Below are positions 40,156-58,015 of a stretch of 64,000 nucleotides of DNA, piece after piece; the first letter of the stretch is position 1; the number at the start of each line of letters is the position of its first letter. The position numbers and the translations under genes are program-made. The stretch covers positions 116,536 to 180,535 of the forward strand of contig CAVXJS010000022.1 of the NCBI GenBank assembly GCA_963762145.1, read 5' to 3'. This DNA is from an uncultured Candidatus Rokubacteria bacterium (lineage in GTDB: Bacteria > Methylomirabilota > Methylomirabilia > Rokubacteriales > CSP1-6). A model generated the notes under the pieces. That model had not been told where the DNA came from. It did not search any database and saw only the letters and a program-made list of their open reading frames with translations.

Positions 40156-40568
40156 CTAGTCGCCCCCCATCGAGGCGATGAGCAGGCGCGTGAGGGCGCG
40201 CTGGTAGGCGGCCACCGCGTCCGCGAAGTCGATCTCGTCTGACTCGCCTTCCACGGGTCGGCCCGCCATGCGCTGCTCGGCACGCTCGCGCGCACGCTCG
40301 GCCCGCTCGCGGTCGATCTCGTCGGGGCGCTCGGCAAGCTCGGCGAGGATGATCACGCGATCCGGGGTCACCTCGGCGAAGCCGCCGTGCACCGCGATGT
40401 GCTGCTCGCCCCGGCCGGTCCGGTACGTGACCCGGCCGCTCCCCAGGGTGGCCAGGAAGGCGGCGTGGCCGGGCAGCACTCCGAAGTAGCCCTCGGTTCC
40501 CGGCGCCACCACCTCGTCCACCTGCTCGGAGACGAGCTGCCGGGTCGGCGTGGCTACCTCCAGCAGCA

Positions 40569-40569
<1 letters not shown>
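40156..40569 (-). CDS. atpC: ATP synthase F1 epsilon
   Basis: GYFGVLPGHA, GGFAEV. Confidence 0.95.
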
Positions 40570-42906
<2,337 letters not shown>

Positions 42907-42918
42907 GGCGACCCGTCC

Positions 42919-44445
<1,527 letters not shown>

Positions 44446-44448
44446 GTC

Positions 44449-44994
44449 CTATCCCCTTGCGAGCCGCTGGCGCATGCGCGCGAGCTGCCCGTCGAGACTG
44501 CCGTCGAAGATGAGGCTGCCGACCTGCGCGATGAAGCCGCCCAGCAGCGTGGCGTCGACCTGCTCTTCCAGGATGATGCGCTTGCCGAGCGCATGCTCGA
44601 GCTTGCCCGAGAGCTCCCGCTTCTCTCCGTCCGTGAGGGCGACCGCGGTCCGCACTTGGGCGCGGGCGCGGCCGAGCTCTTCGTCGACGAGGGTCCGGTA
44701 GGCCCCGACGATCTCGGGCAGATGATCGGCCCGGCCGCGCTCGGCCACGAGGCCCACGAAGTCCTGCACGAGCTTGCCCGTGCCGGCCTTCTGCGCGATC
44801 GCCATCGCCACCCCGCGTCGATCGCCGGGCTTGATCCACGGGCGCGTCAGCACGTCGTGGGCCCCGGCGTCGCCGGTGAACACCGCCGCGACCTGCTCCA
44901 GCTCCCGCCCGATCGCTTCCGTCGCGCCCGCTTCGCGCGCCACGTCGTAGAGGGCCTTGGCGTAGCGCCGGGCGGTCCGGTCGTGGGAGCGCAC
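44449..44994 (-). CDS. atpH: ATP synthase delta
   Basis: ARRYAKAL, LLGG..DGSL. Confidence 0.95.
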   Translation of the reverse strand: MRSHDRTARRYAKALYDVAREAGATEAIGRELEQVAAVFTGDAGAHDVLTRPWIKPGDRRGVAMAIAQKAGTGKLVQDFVGLVAERGRADHLPEIVGAYRTLVDEELGRARAQVRTAVALTDGEKRELSGKLEHALGKRIILEEQVDATLLGGFIAQVGSLIFDGSLDGQLARMRQRLARG

Positions 44995-44996
44995 GG

Positions 44997-45563
44997 CTAG
45001 TTGACCTTGTCCACCCGGCCGATCGCGTCCTGCACGATGCGGCGATGATCCTCGTCGCGCAGGCTCTTGCGGATGAGCCGCTCCGCGGCGGTGATCGCGA
45101 GGTCGACCACTTCCTGGCGCAGCGCCTGCCGCGCGCGGGTGACCTCCTCGGCCATCTCGCTCCGCGCCGACTCCACCAGGCGGCCCGCTTCCGCTCGCGC
45201 GCCTTCCACGAGCCGGCGCTGCTCCTCGGCCGCTTCCTTGAGCGCGGTGGCCCGGATGGCCTGGGCCTCCGCATACGCGGCCTGCAGCTTCGACGCGTGC
45301 TCCTCGCGTTCGCGCTGGGCGTCGGCCCGCGCGGCCTGCGCCTCCTCGAGCGACTTGCGGATGGCCTGGGTGCGCTCCTCCATCTTGGCGAGCAGCGGCT
45401 TGTACAGCAGCTTGCCCAGGATGACCAGCAGGAGGAGGAAATTGATCGCCTGGATGACGATCGAGCGGTCCACGTTGATGAGACCGCCTCCGCCTTCGGC
45501 GGCCAGCGCCGCCGTCGGCAGCATCCCGAGCAGAAGCGCAGCGATGAGGAGTACGCGAGTCAT
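44997..45563 (-). CDS. atpF: ATP synthase F0 subunit b
   Basis: QAINFLLL..YKPL, coiled coil; TTGACA-17-GATACT upstream. Confidence 0.92.
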   Translation of the reverse strand: MTRVLLIAALLLGMLPTAALAAEGGGGLINVDRSIVIQAINFLLLLVILGKLLYKPLLAKMEERTQAIRKSLEEAQAARADAQREREEHASKLQAAYAEAQAIRATALKEAAEEQRRLVEGARAEAGRLVESARSEMAEEVTRARQALRQEVVDLAITAAERLIRKSLRDEDHRRIVQDAIGRVDKVN

Positions 45564-45638
45564 GGTGAGCTCTCCGGCTAGCGCTTTTGTGAAAGAAGGA
45601 ACAACCGGTACACGAGTATCACGCGGGCGGGAAAACTG

Positions 45639-46733
45639 TCAAGGGGCTTGCGGGCGCGCGATCACGCCTCCGCCCACCACGAGATCGCCCTGGTAGAAGA
45701 CCACCGACTGGCCCGGCGCCGGGGCCCGCTGGGGCCGCTCGAACCGGACCCGGACCGCGTCGTCGTCGAGGGGCTCGATGGTGGCCGCCGCCGGCTCGTG
45801 GGTGTGGCGGATCTTGGCCGCTACCGCGAGCGGGCCGGTCAGGGCCGGGATGCTGACGAGGTTCACCTGCTCCGCCCGGAGCGACTCCACGTCGCCCTCC
45901 GCGGCGTCCCCGACGACCACCGCGTTCCGGGCGGGGTCCAGCCCGGTCACATAGAGGGGCCGGGACGAGGCCAGCCCGAGCCCGCGCCGCTGACCCACCG
46001 TGTAGTTGGCGAGCCCCTCGTGCCGGCCCAGCAGGGTCCCCTGCCCGTCCAGGATCGGCCCGGGGACGAAGGCCTCCGGCACGCGCCGGCGCAGGAACCC
46101 GCGGTAGTCGTCGTCCGGAATGAAGCAGATCTCCTGGCTCTCCGGCTTCTCCGCGGTCACGAGCCCGAGCGCGCGGGCCTTGTCGCGCACCGCGTCCTTC
46201 GTGAGCTCGCCCACCGGAAAGCGCGCGGTCGCGAGCTGCGCCTGCGTGAGCGGCCAGAGAAAATCGGACTGATCCTTGCGCGCGTCACGGCCGCGCCAGA
46301 GGAGGAACCGTCGCGAATCGGGATCGCGCGTGATGCGCGCGTAGTGGCCGGTCGCCACCGCGGTGGCGTCCCACGCGCGCGCGCGCTGCGCGAGCGAGCC
46401 GAACTTCACCTCGCGGTTGCACGCCACGCACGGCACCGGCGTGCGGCCCGCCGCGTACTCGCGCGTGAAGGGCTCGATCACCGCGCGCTCGAACTCGCGC
46501 TCCGAGTTGAGGAGGTAGTGCGGGATCCCGAGCCGCCGCGCCACCGCGCGCGCGTCGTCCACCGTCGCGGGCGAGCAGCAGCTTCCGAACTTCTTCGTCG
46601 CGTCCTCCGCCTCGTGCCACGGCCAGACGCGCAGCGTGACGCCGATCACGTCGAAGCCCTGCTCCACGAGGAGCGCGGCCGCGACCGAGGAGTCCACTCC
46701 GCCGCTCAGGCCGACGACGATCCGCTCGCGCAT
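45639..46733 (-). CDS. mnmA: tRNA 2-thiouridylase
   Basis: SGGVDS, PCVACN, ATGHY, KDQS, ESQEICF, PGQ. Confidence 0.96.
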   Translation of the reverse strand: MRERIVVGLSGGVDSSVAAALLVEQGFDVIGVTLRVWPWHEAEDATKKFGSCCSPATVDDARAVARRLGIPHYLLNSEREFERAVIEPFTREYAAGRTPVPCVACNREVKFGSLAQRARAWDATAVATGHYARITRDPDSRRFLLWRGRDARKDQSDFLWPLTQAQLATARFPVGELTKDAVRDKARALGLVTAEKPESQEICFIPDDDYRGFLRRRVPEAFVPGPILDGQGTLLGRHEGLANYTVGQRRGLGLASSRPLYVTGLDPARNAVVVGDAAEGDVESLRAEQVNLVSIPALTGPLAVAAKIRHTHEPAAATIEPLDDDAVRVRFERPQRAPAPGQSVVFYQGDLVVGGGVIARPQAP

Positions 46734-46743
46734 GCGCCCGATC

Positions 46744-47607
46744 TTACCGCGGCCGCGTGGTGATCAGCTCGGCGAGCCGGTCGAGCTCCTCGCGCGAGGA
46801 GTAGCTGATCTCGATGCGCCCCGCGCGCTCACTGCCGACGAGGCGCACGCGCGTGGCGAGCGCCACGCGGAGCGAGTCCTCCACCGCGGCCAGCTCGGGG
46901 GAGCGGCGGAGCTGGCGGCGAGGGGGCTTTGCGCGCTGGGCTTGCACACCTTCCTCGGTGGCGCGCACCGACCACGAATGCGCCAGGATCTCCTCGCGCA
47001 ACCGAAGCTGGTCGGCAGGGGAGGCGAGGGCGAGGAGCGCGCGCGCGTGGCCCATCGTGAGGCGATTGGTCCGGAGGTCCGCCTGGATGAGCTCGGGGAG
47101 CTTGAGCAGGCGAAGGCAATTGGCGATGCTGCTCCGATCGCGCTGGACGCGCTGGGCCAGCTCTTCCTGGGTCCAGCCGAACTCCGCGAGAAGGCGCTGA
47201 TACGCTTCCGCTTCTTCCATCGGGTTCAGGTCCTCGCGGAGCAGATTCTCCACGAGAGCCAGCTCGAGCGTCTGCGCGTCGGTCGCTTCGCGAATGATCG
47301 CGGGAATCCGGGTGAGCCCGGCCAGCTTCGCGGCTCTCCATCGACGCTCGCCGACGACCAGCTGGTAGCTGTCGCCAACCCGCCGGACTACAACGGGCTG
47401 CAGGATGCCGCTCTGCGTCAACGACGCTGCTAGCTCTTGTAAAGCCTTGTCATCAAAGTCTTTTCTTGGCTGCTTCGGGTTAGCAGTGATCGAGTCGATC
47501 GGCAGCTCGACCGCGGCAGCCGCGGCTGACTCCTCGGCAGCCGGTGCAGGGGAGGAGGAAAGGAGGGCACCAAGACCACGCCCGAGCCCGTGTTGGCGGT
47601 TAACCAT
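46744..47607 (-). CDS. parB: chromosome partitioning protein ParB
   Basis: [29 protein letters not shown]. Confidence 0.96.
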   Translation of the reverse strand: MVNRQHGLGRGLGALLSSSPAPAAEESAAAAAVELPIDSITANPKQPRKDFDDKALQELAASLTQSGILQPVVVRRVGDSYQLVVGERRWRAAKLAGLTRIPAIIREATDAQTLELALVENLLREDLNPMEEAEAYQRLLAEFGWTQEELAQRVQRDRSSIANCLRLLKLPELIQADLRTNRLTMGHARALLALASPADQLRLREEILAHSWSVRATEEGVQAQRAKPPRRQLRRSPELAAVEDSLRVALATRVRLVGSERAGRIEISYSSREELDRLAELITTRPR

Positions 47608-48361
47608 GAGAGATCACCTCTCTTGCGAGATCGAGATAGGCAGTGGAGCCGGCGGACTTCAGATCGTAGAGCATGATGGGCTTCCCGTGGCTCGGAGCCT
47701 CGCTTAGCCTTATGTTTCGGGGAATTATGGTCGTCATGACCTGTTTGCCGAGGTGCCGCTGCGCCTCGGCGCGCACCTGGCCGGCCAGGCTCGTTCGACC
47801 ATCGAACATCGTCAAGACCACACCCTCCACCTTCAGGTCCGGGTTTAATCGCGCGTGGACCAGCCCGATGGTCCGGATGATGTGAGCGAGCCCCTCCATG
47901 GCGTAGTACTCGCACTGCAACGGGACCAGGGCCGACTCGGCGGCGGACAGCGCGTTCAGGGTCAGGATTCCGAGGGACGGTGGGCAGTCGATGATCACGT
48001 AGTCGTAGGCTTGGTGGACTACGGCGAGGGCCTGCTTCAATCGCCCTTCACGGTTGTCGAGGGTGACCAGCTCGATCTCAGCCCCGACTAGGTCAATGTC
48101 CGACGGGATCAGATGGAGGAACGGCAGCATGGTGGGCTTGGCGACGTCAGCGAGCGGGGCGCCCTCGAGAAGGACGTGGTAGATCGTCCGCTCCAGCGCT
48201 GCCTTATCGATACCGAGGCCAGTAGTCGCGTTCCCCTGAGGGTCGAGGTCGACCAGGAGCGTCCGGCGCTCAGCTAGGGCGAGGCCGGCAGCCAGGTTGA
48301 CTGCTGTCGTGGTTTTCCCTACTCCGCCCTTCTGGTTCACAACTGCCAGTGTCCGGCCCAA
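47600..48361 (-). CDS. parA: ParA/Soj ATPase
   Basis: NQKGGVGKTTT, DLDPQGN, DCPPSLG. Confidence 0.96.
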   Translation of the reverse strand: MGRTLAVVNQKGGVGKTTTAVNLAAGLALAERRTLLVDLDPQGNATTGLGIDKAALERTIYHVLLEGAPLADVAKPTMLPFLHLIPSDIDLVGAEIELVTLDNREGRLKQALAVVHQAYDYVIIDCPPSLGILTLNALSAAESALVPLQCEYYAMEGLAHIIRTIGLVHARLNPDLKVEGVVLTMFDGRTSLAGQVRAEAQRHLGKQVMTTIIPRNIRLSEAPSHGKPIMLYDLKSAGSTAYLDLAREVISHG

Positions 48362-48379
48362 TTGTGGCTCCCCGGGGTT

Positions 48380-48421
48380 GTTTCCACGTGGAACAATGTC
48401 CTCCGTGTTCCACGTGGAACA
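48380..48421. promoter_or_regulatory. two parS sites
   Basis: gtTTCCACGTGGAACA (48380-48395) and perfect TGTTCCACGTGGAACA (48406-48421). Confidence 0.9.
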
Positions 48422-48444
48422 TTACCCAGGAGTCGGGGCTGAAT

Positions 48445-49087
48445 TCAACCTTCTTTAACGGCCTTGAGGAAGGCGCGGCTTTTTCGGGTACCGGGGATTC
48501 CAACCCGGACGACCTCAAAGCCTTCTCGGGGAAGGGGATCCGGCGGCCCGGACACGACAAACAGACCCCCTTCCTTCAAGAACTTACGGGCCAAGGGGAG
48601 GAGAGATCGGACGGGGCCTACCGATCGAGCTACTACTACGTCGAAGCTGGAGGCCAAGTCAGGCTCCTGGTCGAGTAGCGCCTCGGCTCGACCTTCCTTC
48701 ACGACAACATCGCCCAGGCCGAGCTCGCGCCGAACTGTCAGCATGAAGGAGACCCGCTTCCGCCTGGCCTCTACGAGGGTGACTGCTATGAGCGGATCCG
48801 CGAGGCGTAGAGGCAGCCCCGGGATGCCGGCGCCGGCGCCGATGTCCAGCAGTGTGAGCGGGCGAGGGGGCAGGAGGGTAAGGAACAGCAGCGAATCAAT
48901 GAAGAGGTCATGGACGATGGCGTCGGCAGAATCCAGTGCAGTCATCCGGTAAGTCTGGTTCCACCGCAGGAACAGATCGAGGTACTGCTGGAATCGCCGC
49001 CGGTCGTCGCGGCCGATGGGATGTCCGCTCAGGGACCCAAGGGCGACCGACCAGCTCGTCGAGGGGATCGGTGCTCCGCCTGCTCAA
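48445..49087 (-). CDS. rsmG: 16S rRNA m7G527 methyltransferase (N-terminal frameshift)
   Basis: WNQTYRMTA, DIGAGAGIPG, KRVSF, GRAE. Confidence 0.88.
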
Positions 49088-50841
49088 GCCTTCTTCGTGG
49101 CTCGAGCGGCCGGACCCTTCTCCGTCGTCTTGCCCATCCGTTCCATATACTTCTGCTGGGCAATCTGCAGAACGTTGGACAGGGTCCAGTACAGGACGAG
49201 ACCCGAGGGCAGATTGAAGAACATGAACGTGAAGATCACGGGCATGAACAGCATCATCTTCGCCTGGCGGGGATCGCCCATGACTGGCGTCATCTTCTGC
49301 TGAACGAACATGGAGACGCCCATGAGGATGGGCAGCACGTACGTGGGATCATGTCGGGCCAGATCACAGATCCAGAACTCGATACCGAAGATGCGCCCGA
49401 AACAGATGAACGGGGCGTTCTGCAAGTCAACCGACACCGACAGCGCGTCGTAGAGCGCGTAGAAGATCGGAACCTGAACCAGCATCGGGAGGCAGCCGCC
49501 GAGCGGGTTCACCTTGTGGGCGCGATAGAGCTCCATGGTCTCGCGCTGCAGGCGCTGCGGATCACTCTTGTACTTAGATCGCAACGTATTGATCTGCGGC
49601 TGGAGCGACTGCATGGCCTTCATCGACGTCATGCTCTTCACGGTCAACGGGAACAGCAGCACCTTCGTGATCACGGTGAGAAGGATGATCGCGACGCCGT
49701 AGTTCGGGACGAAGTGGTAGAACCACCGCATCATGGCCAGGGTCGGGACCACGATATATTCCATCGGAAACGTGGGAAGCCCGTAGTGAACCGCCCAGGA
49801 TTCGGGAAACGGGAAGCCGCCGAAGTAGATCGCTTTCTCCAGGCCCACGCCCAGCGCTTTCAGGCGTTCGTACTCCATCGGGCCCATGTAGCTCTGGAGC
49901 TGGCCCTCCCACGTCTTTCCCGGCTCGAGCGCGGGGACGGCTATCCGCGCCCCGACGTCGGCATAGTGTAACAGTGCGGATTCATTATCTTTTTTTAGCT
50001 CACGCCGTCCTTCGACCACGGCGATGCCCTTACTCTTTGGTATCAGCGCCGTCAGGTAGACCCCATTCTGGCCAACCGGGGCGATCCCACTCTCGAAGCC
50101 GACCCACCGGGCTTCGCCCGTGTAATCCACGGCCTTACTGAGGTATTCGCGGTGAGCCCACAGCGAGCCTTGCGGCAAGCGCACGACATGGATCGGCCGG
50201 GCCCCCGCAAACGGCTCCTGCGCTTTTGGCCACTCCGCGGGTGCGCTCCACACCTGGGCCAGCTCGACGGCCTGCGCGACGGTGTGGCGATTCTCCACCT
50301 TCAGCTCGTGCTCGACGACATAGCTGTCCGCGTGGAAGCGGAGAATCTGGCTGACCCGGATGCCGAAGCCGTCTTCGCCGACCATTCGCAGCTCACCCAT
50401 CGGCGTGTCCTTGTCGAGCTTGATCGCCTCGGTCGACAGCGCGAAGGCGATGGGCCGCGCCGGCTGGCCGGGCCGCTTGACGACCCATCCCGCCGTATCC
50501 ACGGTGCCCGGCAACACCATCGGCTTCTCGCCGCGAAAGTTGAGATCCCAGGACTTGACCTGTCCGCCCGTCGTGGCGATCGCCGCACGGTACAGCGGCG
50601 TCTCGATGACGGCCGTCCGCTCCGGCACCACGGGCGCGTCTTTCGGGGGTGGGGGTGGGGTCGTCGCGCTCCCGGCGGTGGCCCCCGGAGCAGGCGTGGA
50701 CGGGGCCGGTGAGGAAGCGGCCGGCGTCTCGGACTTCTGGGCGGGCTTCTGCTCCGGCGTGGGCTCGCGCATGAAGATCGCCGGATAGATCATCAGCAGC
50801 GCGGCCATCAGCAGCAGCGCCAGGGTCGTCCGTTTATCCAT
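49084..50841 (-). CDS. yidC: membrane protein insertase YidC
   Basis: NYGVAIILLT, NPLGGCLPMLVQ, PSGLVLYW. Confidence 0.96.
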   Translation of the reverse strand: MDKRTTLALLLMAALLMIYPAIFMREPTPEQKPAQKSETPAASSPAPSTPAPGATAGSATTPPPPPKDAPVVPERTAVIETPLYRAAIATTGGQVKSWDLNFRGEKPMVLPGTVDTAGWVVKRPGQPARPIAFALSTEAIKLDKDTPMGELRMVGEDGFGIRVSQILRFHADSYVVEHELKVENRHTVAQAVELAQVWSAPAEWPKAQEPFAGARPIHVVRLPQGSLWAHREYLSKAVDYTGEARWVGFESGIAPVGQNGVYLTALIPKSKGIAVVEGRRELKKDNESALLHYADVGARIAVPALEPGKTWEGQLQSYMGPMEYERLKALGVGLEKAIYFGGFPFPESWAVHYGLPTFPMEYIVVPTLAMMRWFYHFVPNYGVAIILLTVITKVLLFPLTVKSMTSMKAMQSLQPQINTLRSKYKSDPQRLQRETMELYRAHKVNPLGGCLPMLVQVPIFYALYDALSVSVDLQNAPFICFGRIFGIEFWICDLARHDPTYVLPILMGVSMFVQQKMTPVMGDPRQAKMMLFMPVIFTFMFFNLPSGLVLYWTLSNVLQIAQQKYMERMGKTTEKGPAARATKKA

Positions 50842-51074
50842 TAGCCTCTCGATCGCTCCGTCGGCGCTGGGTCGTAGCCGCCCGGATTCCACGGATGACA
50901 CCGGCTGATCCGCCGGACTGCCAGCCACCCACCCCGCAGCAACCCGTGGCGCTGCAGGCTCTCCCGGGCGTACTCCGAGCAGCCCGGCACGAACCGGCAG
51001 GCTGGTGGCAGGAGTGGCCGGAGCACGAGCTGATAGCCTCGCACGACCTGCGCCGCCACCCCGCCCGGGCTCAT
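50841..51074 (-). CDS. yidD: membrane protein insertion efficiency factor
   Basis: [22 protein letters not shown]. Confidence 0.93.
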   Translation of the reverse strand: MSPGGVAAQVVRGYQLVLRPLLPPACRFVPGCSEYARESLQRHGLLRGGWLAVRRISRCHPWNPGGYDPAPTERSRG

Positions 51075-51451
51075 GCCTGGGCCCCCGCCGCGGCTCGCGA
51101 CGCGCGCGCCAGATTCTCCGCCAGCCGCCGCATGTCCTCGACCAGCTCGGGGAACGGCCGCCGCGCCGCACTCGGCCGGGCCACGACGACCAGCTCGACG
51201 TCGGCCGCGATCAATGCTCGCACCTGACGGTACGCCTCACGCACCCGCCGCCGCGTCCGATTCCGCTTCGCGGCTCCACGGATCTGGCGGCTCACCGCGA
51301 AACCCGCCCGCCGGGTTTCCGCGCGCCGCCACAGTGCGACGAAGCTGGGGCGCTCGAGCCGGCTGCCGTGCTGGAAGACCGCCTGGAATTCTGCCGACCG
51401 CCGGAGGCGTTCGCCTCGCGGCAGCGTGAGGACCGCCGGGGATGTTGGCAC
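51071..51451 (-). CDS. rnpA: RNase P protein component
   Basis: [24 protein letters not shown]. Confidence 0.9.
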   Translation of the reverse strand: MPTSPAVLTLPRGERLRRSAEFQAVFQHGSRLERPSFVALWRRAETRRAGFAVSRQIRGAAKRNRTRRRVREAYRQVRALIAADVELVVVARPSAARRPFPELVEDMRRLAENLARASRAAAGAQA

Positions 51452-51460
51452 TGCGTCGGA

Positions 51461-51595
51461 TTAGACCGTCAGCCGCTTGCGACCCTTCGCGCGCCGACGC
51501 TTGAGCACCTTCCGCCCGCCCTGCGTCTTCATCCGCGAGCGAAACCCGTGCGTCTTCTTCCGCCGTCGCACATTTGGTTGGAACGTCCTCTTCAT
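51461..51595 (-). CDS. rpmH: 50S ribosomal protein L34
   Basis: [22 protein letters not shown]. Confidence 0.97.
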   Translation of the reverse strand: MKRTFQPNVRRRKKTHGFRSRMKTQGGRKVLKRRRAKGRKRLTV

Positions 51596-51868
51596 GGACA
51601 AGCTCTCCTCTGGGTGGAAGAACCAACGTAGTCTACGGACCGCCCCCGACCAAGTCAAGGCGCGCAAGCCCCTTGCGAGCGTCCGCGGCGCTATGGTACG
51701 GTCGCTTCCCGCATCGAGCACCACATCGTCCGGGATGATCCCGGCGCGCGGTTCCCGAGCGGTGCAGAAACGAAGCGCCCGTTCGTCGCTGACCGGATCA
51801 ATGAAGACGCTGCGCCCTGGCCGGCTGTTTGGCAACCCGCGGGACCAGGCCGCAGGGAACGCTCCCGG

Positions 51869-51900
51869 TTATCCACACCTGTGGATAAGTCTGTGTGTAA
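51869..51900. promoter_or_regulatory. DnaA boxes upstream of dnaA
   Basis: TTATCCACA 51869-51877, TGTGGATAA 51880-51888, degenerate TGTGTGTAA 51892-51900. Confidence 0.85.
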
Positions 51901-51933
51901 CTCTTTGCGGCGCCGCCAACCAAGAGCCTGAGA

Positions 51934-53244
51934 ATGCTTGACTCTTTGTGGACCCGTGTCCTGGCCGCGCTCGAGGGGCGGATCCCCGAGACCGCCATCG
52001 AGTCGTGGCTGCGGCCGTGCCGCGTCGCCGCGATGGACGGCGACGCGATCCGCATCGCGGCGCCCAACAAGTACAGCCGCGACTGGCTCGTCCAGCACTA
52101 CACCGAGACGATCCAGAGCGCGGTCCGTACCGTCCTGGGCGGCAATCCGGTCGTCTCGTTCGAGATCGATCGCGAGCCCGAGCGGGCGCCCGCGCCCGCC
52201 CGCGAGCTTCCGGCGGTCCCGCTCTCGAACGGCCTGTCCCCGCGCTACACCTTCGAATCCTTCGTCATCGGCAACTCCAACCAGTTCGCGCAGGCCGCCA
52301 GCCAGGCGGTGGCCGAGCTGCCGTCGAAAGCCTACAACCCGCTCTTCATCTATGGCGGGGTCGGCCTGGGCAAGACGCATCTGCTCCATGCGGTCGGGCA
52401 CGAGATCGCGCGGCTCTACCCGTCGCTCCGTCTGCTCTATCTCTCGACCGAGCGGTTCACCAACGACCTGATCAACGCGATCCGCTATGACCGCACCGCG
52501 GAGTTCCGCGCCAAGTACCGCACGATCGATCTGCTCCTCATCGACGACATCCAGTTCATCTCGGGCAAGGAGCGGACCCAGGAGGAGTTCTTCCACACCT
52601 TCAACGACCTCTACGAGGCGCGGAAGCAGATCGTGGTCTCCTCCGACTCGGCCCCCAAGGAGATTCCGGAGATCGAGGAGCGCCTTCGCTCGCGCTTCGA
52701 GTGGGGCCTGATCGCGGACATCCAGCCCCCCGATTTCGAGACGCGGGTGGCCATTCTGAAGAAGAAGGCCGAGATCGAGCGGGTCCGGCTCCCCGACGAC
52801 GTCGCCTACTTGATCGCGAGCCGGATCAAGGCCAACATCCGCGAGATCGAAGGGTCGCTGACCCGGATGATCGCCTTTTGCTCGCTGAGCGGACGCGAGA
52901 TGAGCGTGGAGCTCGCCCAGGAGGTCCTCTCCGATCTCTGGGGCGAGGAAGAGAAGATCATCACCATCGAGCACATCCAGCGCCGCGCCGCCGAGTTCTT
53001 CGGCATCAAGCTCTCTGACATGCGCGCGAAGAACCGTACCAAGGCGGTCGCGTTTCCCCGCCAGGTCGCGATGTACCTCGCCCGTCACCTCACCCATGCC
53101 TCCCTCACCGAGGTCGGGCGGTCTTTCGGCGGCAAGGATCACACCACCGTGCTGCACGCGGTCGAGAAGATCCAGGGCATGCTGCAGGACGATCCCAAAT
53201 TCAAGAAGACCGTCGACACACTTACCCAGAGCATCACCCTGTGA
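51934..53244 (+). CDS. dnaA: chromosomal replication initiator
   Basis: YNPLFIYGGVGLGKTHL, DDIQF, SRFEWGL, KDHTTV. Confidence 0.98.
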   Translation: MLDSLWTRVLAALEGRIPETAIESWLRPCRVAAMDGDAIRIAAPNKYSRDWLVQHYTETIQSAVRTVLGGNPVVSFEIDREPERAPAPARELPAVPLSNGLSPRYTFESFVIGNSNQFAQAASQAVAELPSKAYNPLFIYGGVGLGKTHLLHAVGHEIARLYPSLRLLYLSTERFTNDLINAIRYDRTAEFRAKYRTIDLLLIDDIQFISGKERTQEEFFHTFNDLYEARKQIVVSSDSAPKEIPEIEERLRSRFEWGLIADIQPPDFETRVAILKKKAEIERVRLPDDVAYLIASRIKANIREIEGSLTRMIAFCSLSGREMSVELAQEVLSDLWGEEEKIITIEHIQRRAAEFFGIKLSDMRAKNRTKAVAFPRQVAMYLARHLTHASLTEVGRSFGGKDHTTVLHAVEKIQGMLQDDPKFKKTVDTLTQSITL

Positions 53245-53411
53245 TCCACCGCATCTTCCGGCCCATCCCCCGCGGCGTCCACCGCCACGCCGCGGCTAAC
53301 TCCGCGTCCGCCTACGGGCTTTTCCCGTGGCGGCGCTATCCACACGTCCGCCGGATGCTACGACGACGAGTCCTTCTGTTTCTTTCTACAATCTGAACAA
53401 CGGAGATACTT
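53245..53411. other. putative oriC unwinding region (dnaA-dnaN intergenic)
   Basis: CTATCCACA 53336-53344 followed by a CTACGACGACGA triplet tract and an AT-rich stretch. Confidence 0.5.
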
Positions 53412-54506
53412 ATGGAAGTGCATGTGGATCGTGACGCGTTCATGCGCGGTCTCCAGATGGCGCACAACGTGGTCGAGCCGCGCCAGACGTTGCCGGTGCT
53501 GGCCAACGTGCTGCTCGAGGCCCAGGGCGATACCCTGAAGATGACCGCGACCGATCTCGAGGTCAGCGTGCGCGTGACCGGCCCCGCCAAGGTGGTCAAG
53601 CCGGGAACGATCACGATATCGGCGCGCAAGCTGATGGAGATCGTGAAGGAGCTGCCGTCGGCTCCGCTCGCCTTGAAGGTGCAGGAAAACGCCTGGGTCG
53701 CGCTCCGCTGCGCGGGGGCGTCGTACCGGCTGGTCGGGCTCACCCCGGAGGAGTTTCCCGCGGTGGGGGATGGCGCGGCCACCGGGTGGCTGACGATCGA
53801 CGGGAAGGTCTTGCGCGACATGCTGGGCCAGACCACCTTCGCGATCTCTCACGACGAGAGCCGTTATGCCCTGAACGGCGTGCTCTTCGCGGTGCAGGAC
53901 AAGGAGCTGCGGATGGTGGCCACCGACGGGCATCGGCTGGCCCTGGCGGTGCGCCAGCTCCCCGGGGCGGGGCCGGCGATGTCCGGCATCGTTCCGCGCA
54001 AGGCGGTCCAGGAGGTCGCCCGGATCGTGGGGTCCGGCGAGGAAGTAGAGATCGCGGTCAGCGACAATCAGTTCATGATTCGCATGCCGAACGTGCTCCT
54101 GATGGCGCGGCTGATCGAGGGGACCTTCCCGAACTACGAGCAGGTGGTCCCGCGCGCGCACCCGCACCGGGTGACGCTGACGCGTGCGGCGCTGACTGCC
54201 GCGTTGCGTCGGGTGTCGGTTCTTTCCGAGGAGCGGACGAAGCCGGTGCGGTTCCTGCTGGCCCCCGGTCAGCTCAAGCTGACTGCGAACAGCCCGGATT
54301 ATGGTGAAGCCGAGGAGCAGATGGAAGCGCAGTTCGCGGGAGAAGAGATTGTGATCGGGTTCAACTCGCGCTACGTCCTCGACGCGCTGAACGCGCAGGG
54401 TGGCGAGCAGGTTCTGATCGAGTTGAAGGACGGTTTGAGCCCCGGTGTGTTCAAAAGCTTCGAGGACGAGGGAACCCTGTGTGTTATCATGCCCATGAGG
54501 ATTTAA
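53412..54506 (+). CDS. dnaN: DNA polymerase III beta clamp
   Basis: ATDLE, ATDGHRL, FPNYE, IMPMRI. Confidence 0.97.
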   Translation: MEVHVDRDAFMRGLQMAHNVVEPRQTLPVLANVLLEAQGDTLKMTATDLEVSVRVTGPAKVVKPGTITISARKLMEIVKELPSAPLALKVQENAWVALRCAGASYRLVGLTPEEFPAVGDGAATGWLTIDGKVLRDMLGQTTFAISHDESRYALNGVLFAVQDKELRMVATDGHRLALAVRQLPGAGPAMSGIVPRKAVQEVARIVGSGEEVEIAVSDNQFMIRMPNVLLMARLIEGTFPNYEQVVPRAHPHRVTLTRAALTAALRRVSVLSEERTKPVRFLLAPGQLKLTANSPDYGEAEEQMEAQFAGEEIVIGFNSRYVLDALNAQGGEQVLIELKDGLSPGVFKSFEDEGTLCVIMPMRI

Positions 54507-54530
54507 CACCTCTCATGGGAGCGAAAATCG

Positions 54531-57997
<3,467 letters not shown>

Positions 57998-58015
57998 GAG
58001 ACCCGGACCCGGTCC

